Positions 33,498 through 34,282 of a stretch of DNA of 34,282 bases are shown here, piece by piece. The stretch is from Catajapyx aquilonaris (Eukaryota). The notes under the pieces were generated by a model. That model saw only the letters and a program-made list of their open reading frames with translations, ran no database searches and had not been told where the DNA came from. The stretch spans positions 1 to 34,282 of the forward strand of contig JYFJ02004154.1 in the NCBI GenBank assembly GCA_000934665.2, written 5' to 3'. Position 1 is the stretch's first letter; each line of letters starts with the position of its first letter. A program made the position numbers and the translations under genes.

Positions 33498-34282
33498 CAA
33501 ACAAGCTACGGGCTCAACCACACAAATCGCAGCACAGAGTGTCAGTCACTGTATAGGGTGTCGGATGCTGCCAGCGAAACCACGTCATCCATCTCCCCAG
33601 ACGAGGAAGGAGAGTCCTCCATGGACGGGAGCTCCCGGGGGGAAGCCGGCGACACGGGGAGGGGCGGCAAGCGTGGGCGTGAGCAGCCCCGTCCCGGTGG
33701 TGTCCCGTTGATGTCCTGTTGTCCGGTGGGCGATGCAGATGGTGTTCCGGGTAAGTCACGGCGTCGACGGCGGCGCTGTCGTGGCCGAGGTCGTGCAGGT
33801 CCAGACTGGGCTCTCTGCAGCCGATCCCACAAGATCCCATGAGAGGCGAGCAGCTCCCAGATCAAGTCCGTCGTGGCCGGATGCTCATCGCGAGGGACGC
33901 AGAGCGCCTCCCGCAACCTGGCCACCAGGGGCAGCCAAGGGTCTCCCAACTGGCTCGCTGGAGACAGGACCGGCCTGCTCCGGAGCTGAAGCACAGGGGT
34001 GGGAAGAAGAGCCGGGCGGCGAGTCATTGCGTCTGCGAAGGGGGAGTAAAAAAAAAAAATGGGACGGAAGAGGGTGGAGGGGGAGGGTAAAAGGGGCGGC
34101 TTAGAAATGAAAGTAAAATAAAGGCAAAAGTGTGCACCGTCAAGGTGAAGCTACAAGCACCACTCATGAGGGGACGGGATTAAGAGAAAAGGTAGTGTTT
34201 GAGGTCACTGACCGCCCACACAATCCCGTCCGACTTGCCCCGCTCGTCAGCGAGGAGGCAGGTGTTGGGGGAGGGCTTGTCA
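32982..34282 (-). mobile_element. LTR retrotransposon 3' end: LTR 32982-33359, polypurine tract 33360-33373, internal region continuing off the window
   Basis: The insertion begins TGTGGCG exactly where identity to OBP copy 2 intron 2 ends, and the LTR ends CGCGACA (TG...CA). On the minus strand GGGGGAGGGGGGA immediately precedes TGTCGCG (PPT), with AATAAA at ~33072-33077. Composition shifts to GC-rich. No pol domain is visible. Confidence 0.75.

Overview
Eukaryotic, intron-rich genomic DNA, most likely an arthropod. That is inferred from a spaetzle-5-like gene, OBP-like genes and many short introns; no prokaryotic features are present. In order: (1) three previously unrecognised, highly divergent paralogous coiled-coil genes on the + strand (~223-2347, ~7260-8424, ~9145-10781), sharing exon architecture and two short motifs; (2) an intact but unusually divergent 40S ribosomal protein S2 (uS5) gene on the - strand, between the first two paralogs; (3) a complete 16-coding-exon BMS1 gene on the - strand; (4) a spaetzle-5/neurotrophin-2-like cystine-knot ligand gene on the + strand; (5) a tandem array of small secreted OBP-like genes with an atypically short C1-C2 spacer, the third being a recent duplicate with an LTR retrotransposon in intron 2 that runs off the window end. 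A tRNA-derived SINE, several MITEs or foldback elements and micro/minisatellites are interspersed. Exon boundaries were read by eye from GT/AG signals and reading frame, and no database searches were run.
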